A DNA stretch of 64,000 bases, taken from assembly GCF_009914755.1 (NCBI RefSeq), contig NC_060939.1; one strand, written 5' to 3'. A program made the translations under genes and the position numbers. Source of the DNA: the human T2T-CHM13v2.0 reference genome, Homo sapiens. The notes below the pieces were generated by a model. The model was not told the origin of the DNA. It made no database searches and saw only the letters and a program-made list of their open reading frames with translations. This document shows, piece after piece, positions 42,768-58,053 of this stretch (within the stretch, counting starts at the first letter, position 1; each line of letters starts with the position of its first letter).

Positions 42768-43273
42768 CGTGTATTTGTTGTTCTTATCAGTCCCGTTTCA
42801 GTACAACACTGGCAGAGATGATTCTAGATTAACTATCCCAGTAAAAGATATGATATTTTCCATAGATACCTCCAGAATTTTTTTCAGCAAATGGAATGGT
42901 TCTACAGTGTTTCCCAATATAGACAGCCATTTGCATACCATATGTACCACACACGCCTAGGAAATAATGAATCACATGAAGTGTTAGAACTAGAAAGTGT
43001 CTTGGCGATCTGTTTGCTCCAATCACCTCATTTTAAAATTGGTGCTTTCCACAACATGCATCGAGACCATCTTGGAGCATTTACTTTTGAAGCATTTTGT
43101 TTAAGACCCCGGATAAGAAAATGAGGGCAAAAGAGGTGAAGTGACTTGTCCAAGATCAACAGTGAATTATTAGTTGGAACGCCAGCCTGATACTCCTAGC
43201 TATATCTCACTGGAAAAGCATTGGAGAAAATGAAACCATTTTAATATTCTAAGCTTAAATAATAGTTATAATA

Positions 43274-43580
43274 GGCTAGGTGTGGCGGCTCACGCCTGTA
43301 ATCCTGGCACTTTGGGAGGCCGAGGCGGGCAGATGGCTTGAGCCCAGGAATTTGAGACCAGGCTGGGCAACATGGGAAGACCGCGTCTCCATAAAAAATA
43401 CAAAATTTAGCCGGACGTGGTGGCACGCACCTGTAGTTCCAGCTACTCTGGGGCTGAGGCGCAAGGATCACTTGAGCCTGGGAGGTCAAGGCTGCAGTGA
43501 GCCGAGATCGTGCCACTGCACTCCAACCTGGGCAACCGGAGTGAGACCCTGTCTGCAAATAATAATAATAATAATAATAA
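43274..43580 (+). mobile_element. AluJ in the C2CD4A long 3'UTR
   Basis: Full Alu with (AAT)n tail; TSD-like AAATAATAGTT. Confidence 0.93.
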
Positions 43581-44271
43581 ATAGTTTTACAAGCGTTAAT
43601 TTATGTTTTAACCCCCAAAAGGAGGCACTGCTATGCCCATTTTACAGATGAGGATATTGAGGCACAGAATAAAGAGCAGAGCCAGAATTTGAACCTAGAC
43701 AATCAGCATTTCACTCATTACTCTTATGTAGGTAATACCACAGTGTCTAAAGGGCTCGCTATTAAAGTTGCGAGTATTGTGCAACTTCTCTCTGAAACTG
43801 TTGACACTGAAGTTCGTGTCTACTTGCATTCCTCATCCTGCTTTTGGTGAAAAAACAAATTGCTTGAAATGAATAATTTATTATCTCATGCTAATAACTT
43901 CAGGCATTGAGATGAGCTGATGGGTCTAAAGCTCTGAGGAGGAAGCTAACCGGCCTCAGAATCATAGAAATGGGTGCCAGCCTTGTTGTAACCAGGTGAG
44001 TTTATCTGCTGGAACAGGCAGTGGAGAGTGTACAGATAGCATGGTTTTACCTCTGGCTTCTGATAATAATTCCAGATTTAACAATCCTGTTTTAGAGGAC
44101 GATTTTCCCTCATCCCTTGAATTCACTGCCAGCAGGGCATTTTTTTCTTTTTTTTATGCAAATAGGAAAATGCATCCTAAATGAGGGTTTAAAAAATTGA
44201 AAATATTTAAATATACAGGATGGTGTTAAATATGACTCCATTATCAATCTGGATTCAGAAATGGTTTCTGC

Positions 44272-44443
44272 TTTATTTTATTTCATTTTATCTTTTAGAA
44301 ACAAGGCGTCACTCTGTCACCCAGGCTGGAGTGCAGTGGTGTGATCATAGCTCACTGCAGCCTCTACCTCCTGACACAAGCTGTCATCCCGCTTTGGCTT
44401 CTCAAAGTGCTAGGATTATAGGCGTGAGCCACCATGCCCGACC
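44272..44443 (-). mobile_element. Antisense Alu monomer in the C2CD4A long 3'UTR
   Basis: CACTCTGTCACCCAGGCTGGAGTGCAGTGG...CAAAGTGCTAGGATTATAGGCGTGAGCCACC. Confidence 0.88.
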
Positions 44444-44871
44444 AGTTTCTGCTTTTATTAAAATTGTTCACAGTTTTATACATTCATGTTCATTAAAAAT
44501 GCTATTTAGAAAAGAGTTTGATAAAATAAATATTATACAAAATTCGAAGAAAAAAGAAAAGAGTTTCTGTTTCAGTCACAAATTAGGGTTATTGTGATGT
44601 GTATTTATGATGACCGTTGAACAAATGTGAAGAATACTGTGAATTCTATGACTTTATCAAAATCAGCCACATCCAGGAGCTTGCAGTTGTTGACCAAATG
44701 AATGATGACATAGAGTAGTTCAGATCTATCATGTGCTCTTCTATCTAATCAGTCAATATTTCCTTGGCCCTCAAGCCAACATTCATTTTTTATGTATAAC
44801 CTTCTTCATGATTTTGAAATTTTGATAGGGTAACTGCTAATGAGTTCACAAATGTAGCACTTTAAAAGGAA

Positions 44872-44877
44872 AATAAA
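44872..44877 (+). terminator. Distal poly(A) signal of C2CD4A (long 3'UTR, about 2.2 kb)
   Basis: AATAAA with upstream TGTA elements and downstream TTGTGGGTTTTAATTTTTCTGTTTTT. Confidence 0.65.
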
Positions 44878-45257
44878 TGGAGAGTGAAAACAACTTGGCT
44901 ACGTATAATTGTGGGTTTTAATTTTTCTGTTTTTAAAATAAAAAATGGCATTGATAGTTTCAATAGCCCAAGTTTTTATTCCAGAAGATGTTGCAATAAC
45001 TGTTGTCACTAGATTATATACATGTCATTTTATTAAGTAGATTTTTTTTCGTGAAAGTAAATCAGTGCATTTGAGGGATCTAAATTTTTTATGAAATAGT
45101 GGTGGTGATTTCCAAACAGAATCACCATTAATGGCAAGTTATGGTTGATCAAATAACCTGAGTCTAATCAAAAAGGTTTTAAAGGGGCTGAGATAGAATC
45201 ATAAATGATAAAATCATAAAATTTTAGAGTTGAAAAGAACTTTAATAATCATTTTGT

Positions 45258-45565
<308 letters not shown>

Positions 45566-46689
45566 ATATTTAAAAATAATCATTTTGTGCAAATCTATAT
45601 CATAGAAGTGGACCAGAGAAGCAAATTTTAGATTGCCCCAAATCACACAGTCAGTAAAAAGAGCTGAGACTAGAACCAATTTGATTTTCATTTTGCTCTT
45701 CAATCTAATGGCTCTTTGACTACTAATTCCAGGAAAAGAGAAACACTGTACATCACTAATCTAATCTAATGTTTTTGCATTCAAGAAATCTTACTTGCAA
45801 TACAAATGTTTGGGATAACATTAGCCTTTCTGGGGCAAATTTAAATTTCATTTACACTTTACTGCCCTCTAGTGGATCCCTCAAGTGTTTTGTCAATTGG
45901 CTCTACCCCTATTATTAGATATTAGACCATTTCAACTAAAGGTCAATCTAATGCCAGGACCCTATTTTCTTGAAGACCTTTGCTAATATTAGATTGTAGT
46001 GAAGATTCACATTGCAAAGTAACTTAATACACCCATCTGAGAGCACAAGGTGGCAAAAATATTTTAGATTTAAATAAAGAGGGGAAAACTTTTTCCTTTA
46101 ATAATGAAGTTGGGAGTGTGTGGCAATAGCATGTTGGTTACAGAAAACTGCTTTTAATAGTTCTCATGTTTCTTCTCATCAAGCTTTAGTACTCACATCT
46201 TCTCCATAAATGATATGGCATGATCTTGCTTCTTTGTGGTTTAAATATCTTTTCTTTGAACATATTCAAAGAAAAGCCCTACACAATAAACAGAATATGC
46301 CGGTTTAAATAGCATCAGTTGAGTAAAAATTTTAACACTGCATTGTCAGCTGGTTTTACAAAGATAATGTATTCTAACCTAAAATGCTAGCTTCAGTATG
46401 GCTCAAATATTCCCAGATGATAATTTCTTTGAATCTGATTTTCTTTTATACACACCTCAACAATTCACGTTCTCCCCATATCCATCCCCAGCACTTAGTT
46501 TAACCATGGCATTTAAGAAACTGTTCTGCCTCCAGGCTTTTGAGTTCACAGATAAAACAGATGCACGACAGCCCATGGTGTTTTGAAACCCAAGTTTTAC
46601 TATTCTGTACATTCACGTAGCAAAATCCCATCAAATTAATGTCATAGACATTATAAGCCCATAATAAAATTCTTAGCTAAGAATTCTCC

Positions 46690-49180
46690 ATAGCCCTACT
46701 GATTCTGCTTTCTATTACTGTAGATTAGTTCAATCTTTGTAGAATTTTATATACATGGAAAAATTAAGTATATATTCTTTTTGGGGGAATCTGGCTCCTT
46801 TCACTCAGCATTATTGAGATATATCCATGTTGTTGCCTATATCAATAGTTCATTCTTTATATTGCTGACTGGATGACTATCAAATCTCTAAACCCCAATT
46901 ATTTTATCCCTTTATCTGTAACTGTTTTCCTTGCACTCATTATTTGTTTCTTTTTTCCCTTCTCCTCTTTTTCTGATTTCTCTGGTTTTAATTGAACATT
47001 TCATAGGATTTTACTTTATCCTCTTTCTTAGCATATCAATCATAGTTCTTTTTAAAATTTCTTTAGTGGTTGCCCTAGTGTTTGCATTATGCATTTGCAA
47101 GTAATCTAAATCCCTTTCAACTAACACTATACCAAGCTTGTCCAATCTGCAGTCCGTGGACGGCATGCAGCCCAGGATGGCTTTGAATACGGCCCAACAC
47201 AAATTTGTAAACTTTCTTAAAACACTATACGATTTTTTTTTTGTTTTTTTTTTTTTTAGCTCATCAGCTATTGTTAGTATATTTTTTGTGGGGCCCAAGA
47301 CATTCTTCTTCTAATGTGGCCCATGTCAAAAGATTGGGTACCCCTGCACTATATACTGCTTCATGGGCAGGTAGCTATATTATAATAGGGTATTCCCAAT
47401 TCCTCCCTCCCTTCCCTTAACACATTGTAATTTATTTAATTTATCTGTTCTTTGGTGTCTGTCATTCATTTGGAAAAACTTTCATCCATTTTTACTTCAT
47501 TTGCTTCATTCTCTCTTTTCCTCTCAATCACTCATATGTTACATCTTTTGGAATCATCACACAGTCTTGGATATTCTGCTCTTTTTTTTTCTCTTTGCAT
47601 TGCAGTTTGGGAAATTTCTATGGACATGTCTCCAAGTTCATTGGTTATTTCCTCGGCCATGTCCAATCTATTAATGAAGCCATTTTAAATTTTCAACATT
47701 TCCTTTTGATTCATTTTTTAGGTTTTCCTGTCTCTGTTTACATTGCCCACATGTTCTTGCATGTTGTCTGCTTTTCCCATTCTAGCCCTCAACGTATTAA
47801 TTATAGTTATTTTAAATTCCTGGTCAGACAGTTCTAAAACCTGTGTCGTATCTGAGTCTGGTTCTCTTGCTTTGTCTCTTCAGATCGTTTTTATCTTGTC
47901 TCCTAGTGTGCCTTATTGAAAGCTGGGCATGAATAATCAGATACTAGGAACTGAGGTAAATAGTGTGAGGCTTTATGTTTATCTGGAGGAGTTATGCTGT
48001 GGTTGCTCTTTGCTATAGCTGTAAGTATCTGCGGCCAGTTTCCCTTAATGTCCATGTTTTTATCTCCTCTGCTGTCTTGAGTATCCCTAAGAGCACCTTC
48101 TTACATAAAGCATCTGCCTTGAAACTCTTTCAGCTGTTATCCACTGATGTCCTGACCCCTGTTGATATGGTGGTAAATGTTGGGAAAGGAAAGCAGTCTA
48201 TAACTCTATGATTAAATCTCAGTCTACTAGTGGACCATTGTCCTTGGGTTGAGACCTTCACAAATGTTTCTTAGCCTTTTTTCTCCAGGTGAGATGGGAA
48301 GGCTAGCAGGGCTCAAGTTGAGGAATTGCCCCTCTCCTAAGCTCATAAGACTCTGGTAAGGTCCTTTTCTCAAGAAGAGTAGATTTTTGTTATGGAAAAA
48401 TGCTTTGAGAGTATTTCAAAATGATTACTGCTAAGTTTTCTCTTAGCTCTTCACCATGAGAACCTGGTGGGGCTTCTGGGAATAACCCATGAAAGTGTGC
48501 CACCTACAACACCCTTCCCCCAACCCCAAGACTGTGGATCGCAGGAGTATCTCATGCTCACATTAGTCCATACTCAGCCTCCAGGAATTTGTCAAAATAA
48601 CCATTTAGTATTCCCATTAGTTTATGGCTCCAGTAGCTTCTGCTCCAGGTAAGCTGATCTTGGCTTGACTCTCCATGTCAGCTTGTTCCTCCAGATTTCA
48701 GGGTAGTGGTTTGCCTTGCTACATCTAATCTCTGATAGGTCTAAGAAAAATTATGAATTTTTAGTTTGTTCATTTTTGTTTTCTTATTGTAAGAATGGGA
48801 ATGACAACTTTCAAGCTCTTTATATGGTGGAGTTCATTATGAGACAAGCTTAAAGGGAGGCTGACCCCATTTGGGAAGTTAGGCTTCCAGAATCAGTATC
48901 CATTCTCCTGCTAATAGATATTTAGATTATGTCCAATTTCAAGCTTTTATGAATAAAACTGCTACAAAAATTCATGTACAAGACTTTGCATGGTTGTATG
49001 ATTTCATTCCTCTTGGGTAAATACCTAGAGTGGAACAGCTGGATCATTATATGGTAGCTGTATATTTAACTTTCTAAGAAACTGACATACTCTTTTCCAG
49101 AGTGGTTGTGTCATTTTACTTTCTTACCAACAAGGTGTAAGAGTTCTGGTTGCTCAACACCCTCACCAACACTTGCACAA
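46690..49180 (-). mobile_element. Old L1M fragments (composite)
   Basis: T-rich strand with L1M motifs (ATCCATGTTGTTGC..ATCAATAGTTCATT; CTTGGGTAAATACCTAG; CCTCACCAACACTTG); boundaries approximate. Confidence 0.6.
47133..47346 (-). mobile_element. MER30 hAT element
   Basis: CAAGCTTGTCCAA / AAAAGATTGGGTACCCCTG termini; 8-bp TSD CACTATAC/CACTATAT. Confidence 0.88.
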
Positions 49181-49206
49181 TAAGGAACTTTTGAAGGAAA
49201 TATATA

Positions 49207-49310
49207 CAGACGGTCCCCGACTTAAAATTGTTCTACTTAACAATTCTTTGACTTCACAATGGTGAGCAAGCGATATGTATTCAATAGAAACTGTACGTTC
49301 GAATTTCGAT
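49207..49310. mobile_element. Tigger (Tigger4-like) terminal fragment
   Basis: TA|CAGACGGTCCCCGACTTA...CAATAGAAACTGTACGTTCGAAT. Confidence 0.6.
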
Positions 49311-49492
49311 GTAATGTAATCATCATTATCTTGGTATAAGATATTCAGAAAATATGCGGGTCCATTAAAGAAACCTGGAACATCAAGATTTTTAAATATT
49401 CAGCGATGATTCCACAGCTTTAGTGTTCAGTAAGAGTTACTGTGTTTCTTTCCAAAACTCATTAATTTAGCCATTTAAAACCAATACAGATA

Positions 49493-49773
49493 GGCCGGGC
49501 ACGGTGCCTCACGTCGGTAATCCTAGCACTTTGGGAGGCCGAGGCGGGTGGATCACGAGGTCAGGAGATTGAGACCAGTGTGGCCAACATGGTGAAACCC
49601 TGTCTCTACCAAAAACACAAAAATTAACCGGGCATTGTGGCTTGCATGTGTCTGTAGTCCCAGCTTCTCAGGAGGCTGAGGCAGGAAAATAACTTGAGCC
49701 CAGGAGGCGGAGGTAGCAGTGAGCCAAGATCGCGCTACTGCACTCCAGCCTGTGCAACAGAGCGAGACTCTGC

Positions 49774-49805
<32 letters not shown>
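49493..49805 (+). mobile_element. AluS (Sc/Sg-like) with long A tail
   Basis: Full Alu; TSD ACAGATA. Confidence 0.95.
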
Positions 49806-49806
<1 letters not shown>

Positions 49807-50585
49807 AGATAAAGAGATCTATCATACAGCAGGATCAAATTTTGTGAGAGTCAATTAAAGGAGATAACAATTACATAATCTGAGAAAAGTCTGACTAGAG
49901 ATGGGGCTTAGACACTCTCTTGCTTTTCTTTTATGTAGATTGATAAAGTCTACTTTTGTCAAGGAGCCGACAATCCCTCCTTTCCTTTCTTTATTATCCT
50001 GCAGCTGGTGGAGCAGAAATATGAACCATGTAGTGACATCAGAGGTAGAATACGGCTGCAGAGCCGGTTTCTAACAGTCATGAGTCAAAGGCACCACTCC
50101 ACCTACAAATCTGCGGTTGGATTGTGGGCCCTGGGCACTCTGTAGCAACTCTACAAACATCATTGTCAATAACAAATTCATTTCTTAAGCAGAGTTTAAA
50201 TTCAAAGTCAGAGGAATGTGGGTTACAGATCTCAGCTGTCATTTATTAGCTGTGTCTCTTGGTCATATGAATTAGCCTTTCTAAATGCCATTTCTTCATT
50301 AGTAAAGAGGAGTAATAAATATTACCTACCACATGAAATCTTTGTAAAGATTTAAGTAGATAATACATTAGAAGTCCTCAGCACAGTGGCTAATATTTAG
50401 AACCACTCAATAAATATTAGCTCTACTTTTTGCTTCATAATAGATGATGTTACTAGATTTCTCTCCAAGCTTCTAGCATGTTCAATGGATGCTTATCTTA
50501 GAGCCAGGATCCTATAGCAAAGAGAGTTAGTAGACTAGTTATACTCATATGAGCCATTTGAGAAACATATGTGGTGCCAAAGTAA

Positions 50586-51020
<435 letters not shown>

Positions 51021-51805
51021 TAAGTATTAGGTCTCTGTGCCACAGCTATGTGAGGAAGGGCTTGATAGGTAGATCATGATCCTCAGAGAAGAGCATGGTC
51101 ACACAGCTGGTGAGGGGGAAGGCAATGATTTCGACCCATGTTGATGTGAGCACAAAGCCTCTGCTAGGCCTTGGATACCCAAAAGGTGGGTTGGACTTGC
51201 ATCTGCAGAGGAAAGGGAGAAGGGCAGCCTTAGAAAAGGAACTAAGTTTTGGAGCCAAGCTAAGTAAAATGTGTTCTGGAAACAATGACTCTTAGGTCCC
51301 CAACAGCTTCCTAGCAGCACCTTTAGGGAAGGTTCTGTTGATGAACATACTGCCACTACTGGGGATCTGTATTTGCTGACTTGTTAGCACATAAAACGAA
51401 AATATACGTATCACTGTGTCTTGCAACAATTAGAAGAGGGCAGTCAAACTTCCATTTTTTCACTCATACTGTCAGATTGCCCTTGAAAAACACTATTTCT
51501 CCATCTTCCAAAGACATTTTTCTGACTGGTTAATTATGTAATCAGTAGCAGGTTAAAAGTATGAGCTTTTCTGAAAAGTGGGTAAATCAAATTCTTAAGC
51601 TAAAAAAAAATGAACGGCTTTGAGACAAGACAGATGTATTACTTTTTATTTTATGTAACCCATTTCGCTAAGCTTAAAACTGAAAACTGCAAATTTCTTT
51701 ACTGGGACCAAGACCCTGAAATTTAACAAATATTTACCATCCTTAAACATTTTCAAACACTTTCAAACAACAACTTAAGGAAGTAAGTAAATCCATGAAA
51801 GATGA

Positions 51806-52151
<346 letters not shown>

Positions 52152-52602
52152 TAACTTGCTCATTTTATAGATGAAAAACATGATATCAGAGAGCAAAATA
52201 ATTTTCCAGGTTTACGTTACCAGTTAGTAGCATTTTCTGACTGCCAAACTATTGTTCTTTCTGCTTTCATATACCGTAATACTAACTCTACTGGTATACA
52301 ACTAATTTTTTGCATTACTAAAGAACACTTTAAAAATGATCACCACCAAAACAGCACCATTCTCCTGCCACTCTGATGTAAATTAATTTTGTCTTTGTTC
52401 ACTACCTTCCAGTCTTTGCTCATATCTATATTTATATGGGTCAAATAATAATATACATATATATACTATTTTTTCTATTTTTTATTTATGATTGTAATGT
52501 AAGAGCTGTTTATGTTGCTATTAGTCTGGTATCACAGCCCTTCAGGTAGACATATAATGATTAATTATTTTCCTATTGTTGAATGTTTTGTCACTTTCCC
52601 AA

Positions 52603-52995
<393 letters not shown>

Positions 52996-55515
52996 TGAAA
53001 TTTCAGCCTCAAACCCTATAAACATTACTACAGCCCCTATGAATGTTACTATTAGAATTATTCATAAATTGACTTTCCTGATTGGTCACATTTTCTTTTA
53101 CGAAATGAAATGGGGTAAGAAAGGACTTGTGGGAGTAGGGGGTACAATTCTAAATTTCACAGGCCTGAACCTGTCTGTAGAAGTCACAATACCCACTATT
53201 TTCCCAGAGTTAACATAGGAAGTCAAAGAGAGTGAGGATGGCTTGGTTACAATGGTACGTAACAGCTATTATTGCTATGGATTAATACATATTAGGGACT
53301 CTATCTGAAGGAATTTCATGGTCTGGACTTTTACTGAGCAAAGACCCTTTCTCAAGACATTGAGATTTAGTTTACAACAACTACCTCCAAACAGCAAAAA
53401 TGCTATTGGTATTGGGGTTTAAAAAACATACTGCCTTTAATAATTGGTTTGTTAGGTGCCAAGTTAAGTGCCAGGAGAGAGAACTGAGAGGAAAATTTCA
53501 CTCAGATGCATCAAACTCAGTCTTAAATTACTGAGAGGAGAATAAACTAATTTCATGCAAATACATTTTTAGACTTATGCTTTTTACATTGAATTTTCAT
53601 TATGAATGTGATTAATGTATAATTCACAATCATGAATTAAGCTGCCACCGAGGCAGACCCAACAATATTAAATTACAATGTCAACAGTATCGTGGAAACG
53701 CTCTGCTTTCCAAATACCTGAGTAAAAGCCCTAAGAAAGACAGCCACAGGTGTTTATTGAGCACTCAGTATGACCTCAGCCACTGTGTCAGGCACCTTGG
53801 GGATATTGACAAGCAGCATGTGGCATGATGTTGAAGAAAGAGTGATGACAAGGAATAGGAGACATGAGTTCTCATTCTGACTTTGTGCTCCATGAGTAAA
53901 TCACTTCCTCTTTGGGTCTTAATTTCCTCTTTCGGAAAATGAGAAGATTAGCATAGATCCACCATAGCCAGTAGGTTTTATCTCAGGTATAATACCACTG
54001 AACTTATAGTGGCTGCCTGGAGTGCTATGATGGAAATAATCCTAAGGCAATGTGTGGACTTAGGGAGACAACACTCTTCAATAACATAGCTATGTCTCTG
54101 TAGGTTCACAATGGAGCAGGAGTACGTGTGCTATTACTTATTGACCTTGGTCTCATGAGCTCTGCAGCTCTGATATTTATTGATGTTAATGAAGACAAAA
54201 TTCTTGCCTAAAGTAAGCTAAAATCTGGGTTGGGAGATAAGATCAACAACCACAATTACAGTGAATAATCGAGATAGAATAAGTATAAGGGCTAATTTTT
54301 TCAGTAAATATGATAAATATCAAAACCCAGAAAAAAAGAAGATCAATAAAGACTTGAGTAGTTAAGGATACTTTCTTGGAGAAAAAAGACACTTCAGCTG
54401 AGACTTAAAGACCAGGGTATGATAATAATATAAGCACTAAAACAATACTAAATACTAAAAAGATAATATAAATATTTATAATTATATAGTGCTTTAGAGT
54501 TTACGCACCATTTTGGCATATTGTCAAATTTTAAGAGGATTTCAAATGTGTTTTACGCTTTCAGAATGTTTTATAATTTACAGTGTTCACAATCATTATA
54601 ACATTTAATCTCAGAATAATCCAAGAGGAAGGCATCACTAGCCCTATCTGATAAATGAGGAGTTTAGTAAAGTTAAGTGATTTATTCAAGAAATGTCACA
54701 AAGTTAATAAGGGACATAGTTTGAAAAAGATCTAGAGTCCAAACCTAGACTAAGGTAGGTCTATCAGTCAGGGTTGAACATAAAAACAAAGTAAGTGTTC
54801 AGTAATCTAGAAAGAGTGATTGTTATATAACCATGGTAACAAGAAGTCACCAAAACTGATTTTAAACCTGTTCTATTGATCAACAACTTGTCTCAGTGAC
54901 TGCTTTTGCAAGCCAATCAATCAGTGTCAATCCTCACTTCTACAAGTCGGCCAGGCAGGATGGACTCATTTCAATAAACATGCCTCTGAGTGCCAATCAA
55001 CAAGTCTCAGAGAGTGCTTCTACAGATATTAACACACTTATGTCTCTAAATGTCCTCCTATCCCTGAAACCCATGCTTCCCCAGAGCCTTATATAATATT
55101 AGCAGAAAGTTCTGCTCAGAGAGAATGTGCCTAACAAAGCTCTCCCTTTCAATAGTAAGCAATAAATTTACTTCCCACTCACCCCAGATATTGAGTGTTG
55201 GTCTCATCACCCTTTGACAAGGTCGAGTCATGAAAACAGAAACCACTCTGGGTAGTTCAAACAGAATTAATAGAATGAATTGCTTACACAGGGTTGGAAG
55301 GACTGTGACAGCACAAAAGGGACAGTGAGGCAACCCACAGATTAATAGCTCTAGGTGAGCAAAAAGCTTATCAACTATTGGTGAAATGAAAATGTCTACT
55401 CAACTCATGACAAGCCTTCTTCCAGGCACACTGCTATACAGCAAGGAACAACATAAATGAGGTCCTGGCTTTCATGGGGTCAACATTCTAGGTGGAGTTA
55501 AAGATAGACAGTCTA

Positions 55516-55814
55516 GACCAGGCATGATGACTCATGCCTGTAATCCCAGCACTGTGGGAGGCCAAGGCAGGTGGATTACCTGAAGTCAGGAGTTTGAGAC
55601 CAGCCTGGCCAACATGGTGAAACCCCATCTCTACTAAAAATACAAAAATTTGCTGGGCATGGTGGTGCATGACTGTAATCCCAGCTACTCGGGGGCTGAG
55701 GCAGTAGAATCCTTGAATCCGGGGGGCAGAGGTTGTTGTGAGCCAAGATCGTGCCATTGCACTCCAGCCTGGGTGAAAAGAGTGAAACTCTATCTCAAAA
55801 AAAAAAAAAAAAAA
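55516..55814 (+). mobile_element. AluSx-like
   Basis: Full Alu; TSD ACAGTCTA. Confidence 0.95.
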
Positions 55815-56125
55815 GATGAACAGTCTAAAAAATTAGATGAACAAGGTAAATTCACATGCAGTCACATGACGATAATACAACAGAGTAAGATGATGGAGAC
55901 TGGGGATCAGGCAAGGCCTGTCTCAGCAAATGGAGCTCATGCTAGGCAGCTCAGGGCCACCCTGCCAGGCCTGGGGTGAGAGCATCTGGGCAGAGGAAAT
56001 CGTCGCTATGAATACCCTGACACTGGTACCAGAAAAGGTTTTGTGCTCGTCCCTGTCACCAGTCCTTCTGTGTCAAACTGTTCATTCCTAAACACCAATC
56101 TCACTGAAATAAACATTAGCTACAT

Positions 56126-57396
56126 CTTTTCTTTTTTCTTCAAATACTGGGTTTATTCCACATGTTTATTTTGTCTTCTCACCATTTCCATGTCTGACCA
56201 TCGCTACTACTATGTCCCATAGTGATATTTCACACATACTTAAAGCCAAGCAAAGGGCAGAGTTCTATCTTTAAATACTAAACAGGTGTTTCAGGCAACA
56301 CATTCTTGGCAATGGAGTCCAGACATTTCTCAAACATGGTAGGGAAAGTTCTCACTCTGCATTGTAAAAAGGACAGCCAGATATCAACTGTTACACAAAT
56401 GAAATAAGATGAAACATTTTAACAACGTGTTTAAACTATTCTTAAAGAGGCTTCCTCCACTGCCAGAGATCTGGAATAGCCTCCTAGTCAGTCACCCGGA
56501 AGCAATTCTTCACAAAATTGATGAACGTGGCCTCCACTTTGGGAAGAAAACCACCTTTATCTATTCTTGCTTGCATTTTTGCTTTAATGTCTTCTACAGA
56601 GCTAGGTCCTTTTGGTGTTTTAAAAGTTTTTTCTCGTGCTTTGAAGGATTCTTGACCTTTTAATCTTGTGTTGATGGTTTTGAGTCTTTTCCACTCTGAT
56701 TTTGTTGTTTTGCATTTTGGGTTGAAATACCTCCTGTAGATTTCTTCCCTGAAGATTTTTCTTCAGTTTCCTCTTCAGCAAAATCATCGTCATTATCACC
56801 TTCTTCATCATCACCATCCTTTGTCAGCAGCACGTTTTACTTTTTTCTGTGGAAGCTTGCTACCACCTGCAGGGGCAGATCAATTTCCAGATATACTTAA
56901 GAGTTTCCCATCCTCATCCTCTTTGTCTTCTGACTCTGCAGCTTCCTGCACAGCTCCTAAGTGTTGTCCACTCATATGCACCGGCCCTGAAACATATTTC
57001 AATGGTAAGAACATGGGTGGTGTTATTTCAAAGCCCCAAAGGGAAACTGTTGGCTATACAGATGTTTTCAAAGTTGCCAGTGTTACCTTAATTGGACTGC
57101 CTTCATTATTCATTATCTCTGCTTCAACAACGTGCAATTCATCCTTTGCACCAGCTCCTGAACTGGTGGTTCTTAAAGATAACTGGTGCTCATTTGTATC
57201 ATTATCCATCTGAAAGTGACAACCTTTGTCACCCTTTAGCTCGCAACTGAGAAGATAGTTCTGGGCCTTAGGAGGCTTAAGTACATGTCCATCAAATCTT
57301 CCATAGGGTGGCGGCACACACTTAGATGGGAGAGGAGGTGGGTGATGATAAAGGATTGCTGCTCCAGAGAACAGCTGCACAGGATGGAATCACACC
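56126..57396 (-). pseudogene. NPM1P47: Processed nucleophosmin (NPM1) pseudogene, full-length mRNA copy; former CDS 57304..56442
   Basis: NPM1-like 5'UTR and ATGGAAGATTTGATGGACATG start; peptide [40 protein letters not shown]; no introns; early frameshift and TAG at 57054; ends TGGAGGAAGCCTCTTTAA; 3'UTR with AATAAA (56152-56157) and decayed A tail. The P47 number is from recall of the locus. Confidence 0.93.
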
Positions 57397-58053
57397 GGTT
57401 TCTTTTTCTTTCTTATTTAAATCTGGAAACAGGACAAAGTCCATAAAGTGTGTCTGTGACTCTGGCTGGACGATTGGCCAACTGTTTCCTCCATAATATA
57501 CCATAAAGGGGAAAAGAAAAGGGGAAAAAAATACCTGCTGGGGAGGAAAATACAGAACAGATGGTGATGTTTACCCCTTCATTCACCTTTGCATATGTGA
57601 GAAATGCTTGCAAAACTTCTAGGAACTGGGTGTTGCCAGAAGGAAAAAAACACATAAAAGCTAATTACTAGTAATAACAGCATCAGTAAACCTAATCACA
57701 CCTGGGGTGGTTGAGCTGGAAATAGAAAACCCAGCTTATCACATTCTTACAAGCCTGTCACTTGTGGTAGTCAGAGCTTAAAAAGGGAGAGGGGCTTTTC
57801 AGGGTACTGTCGTGTTATTAGTTCTTAGCCGTGATGGTCTTGTTTAGGCTAATTGTGAAATACTGCTTCTTTAAAAGCAGATGTTAAGCTTTATGGCAGG
57901 AAAAGAGAAAGACATTTAAGTAGGGAGGGTGAGTGTGAAACAGACTGAAGAAGGCTGAGCATAATCAGGTGAGATAGGTTATCTTTCAGTTCTGCTTTAA
58001 CCAGATGTGTGAATCCTCTGGGCCCACGCTCTCCCCATCTGTGGAAAGGGAGG

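Noticed and set aside
53941-53954. GAGAAGATTAGCAT matches part of U6 snRNA
   Set aside because: Only 14 nt, the flanks do not match U6, and it lies within a MIR-like core; coincidence.
56409-57380. NPM1-like ORFs as a functional retrogene
   Set aside because: Frameshift within the first 15 codons, premature TAG at 57054 and further indels.
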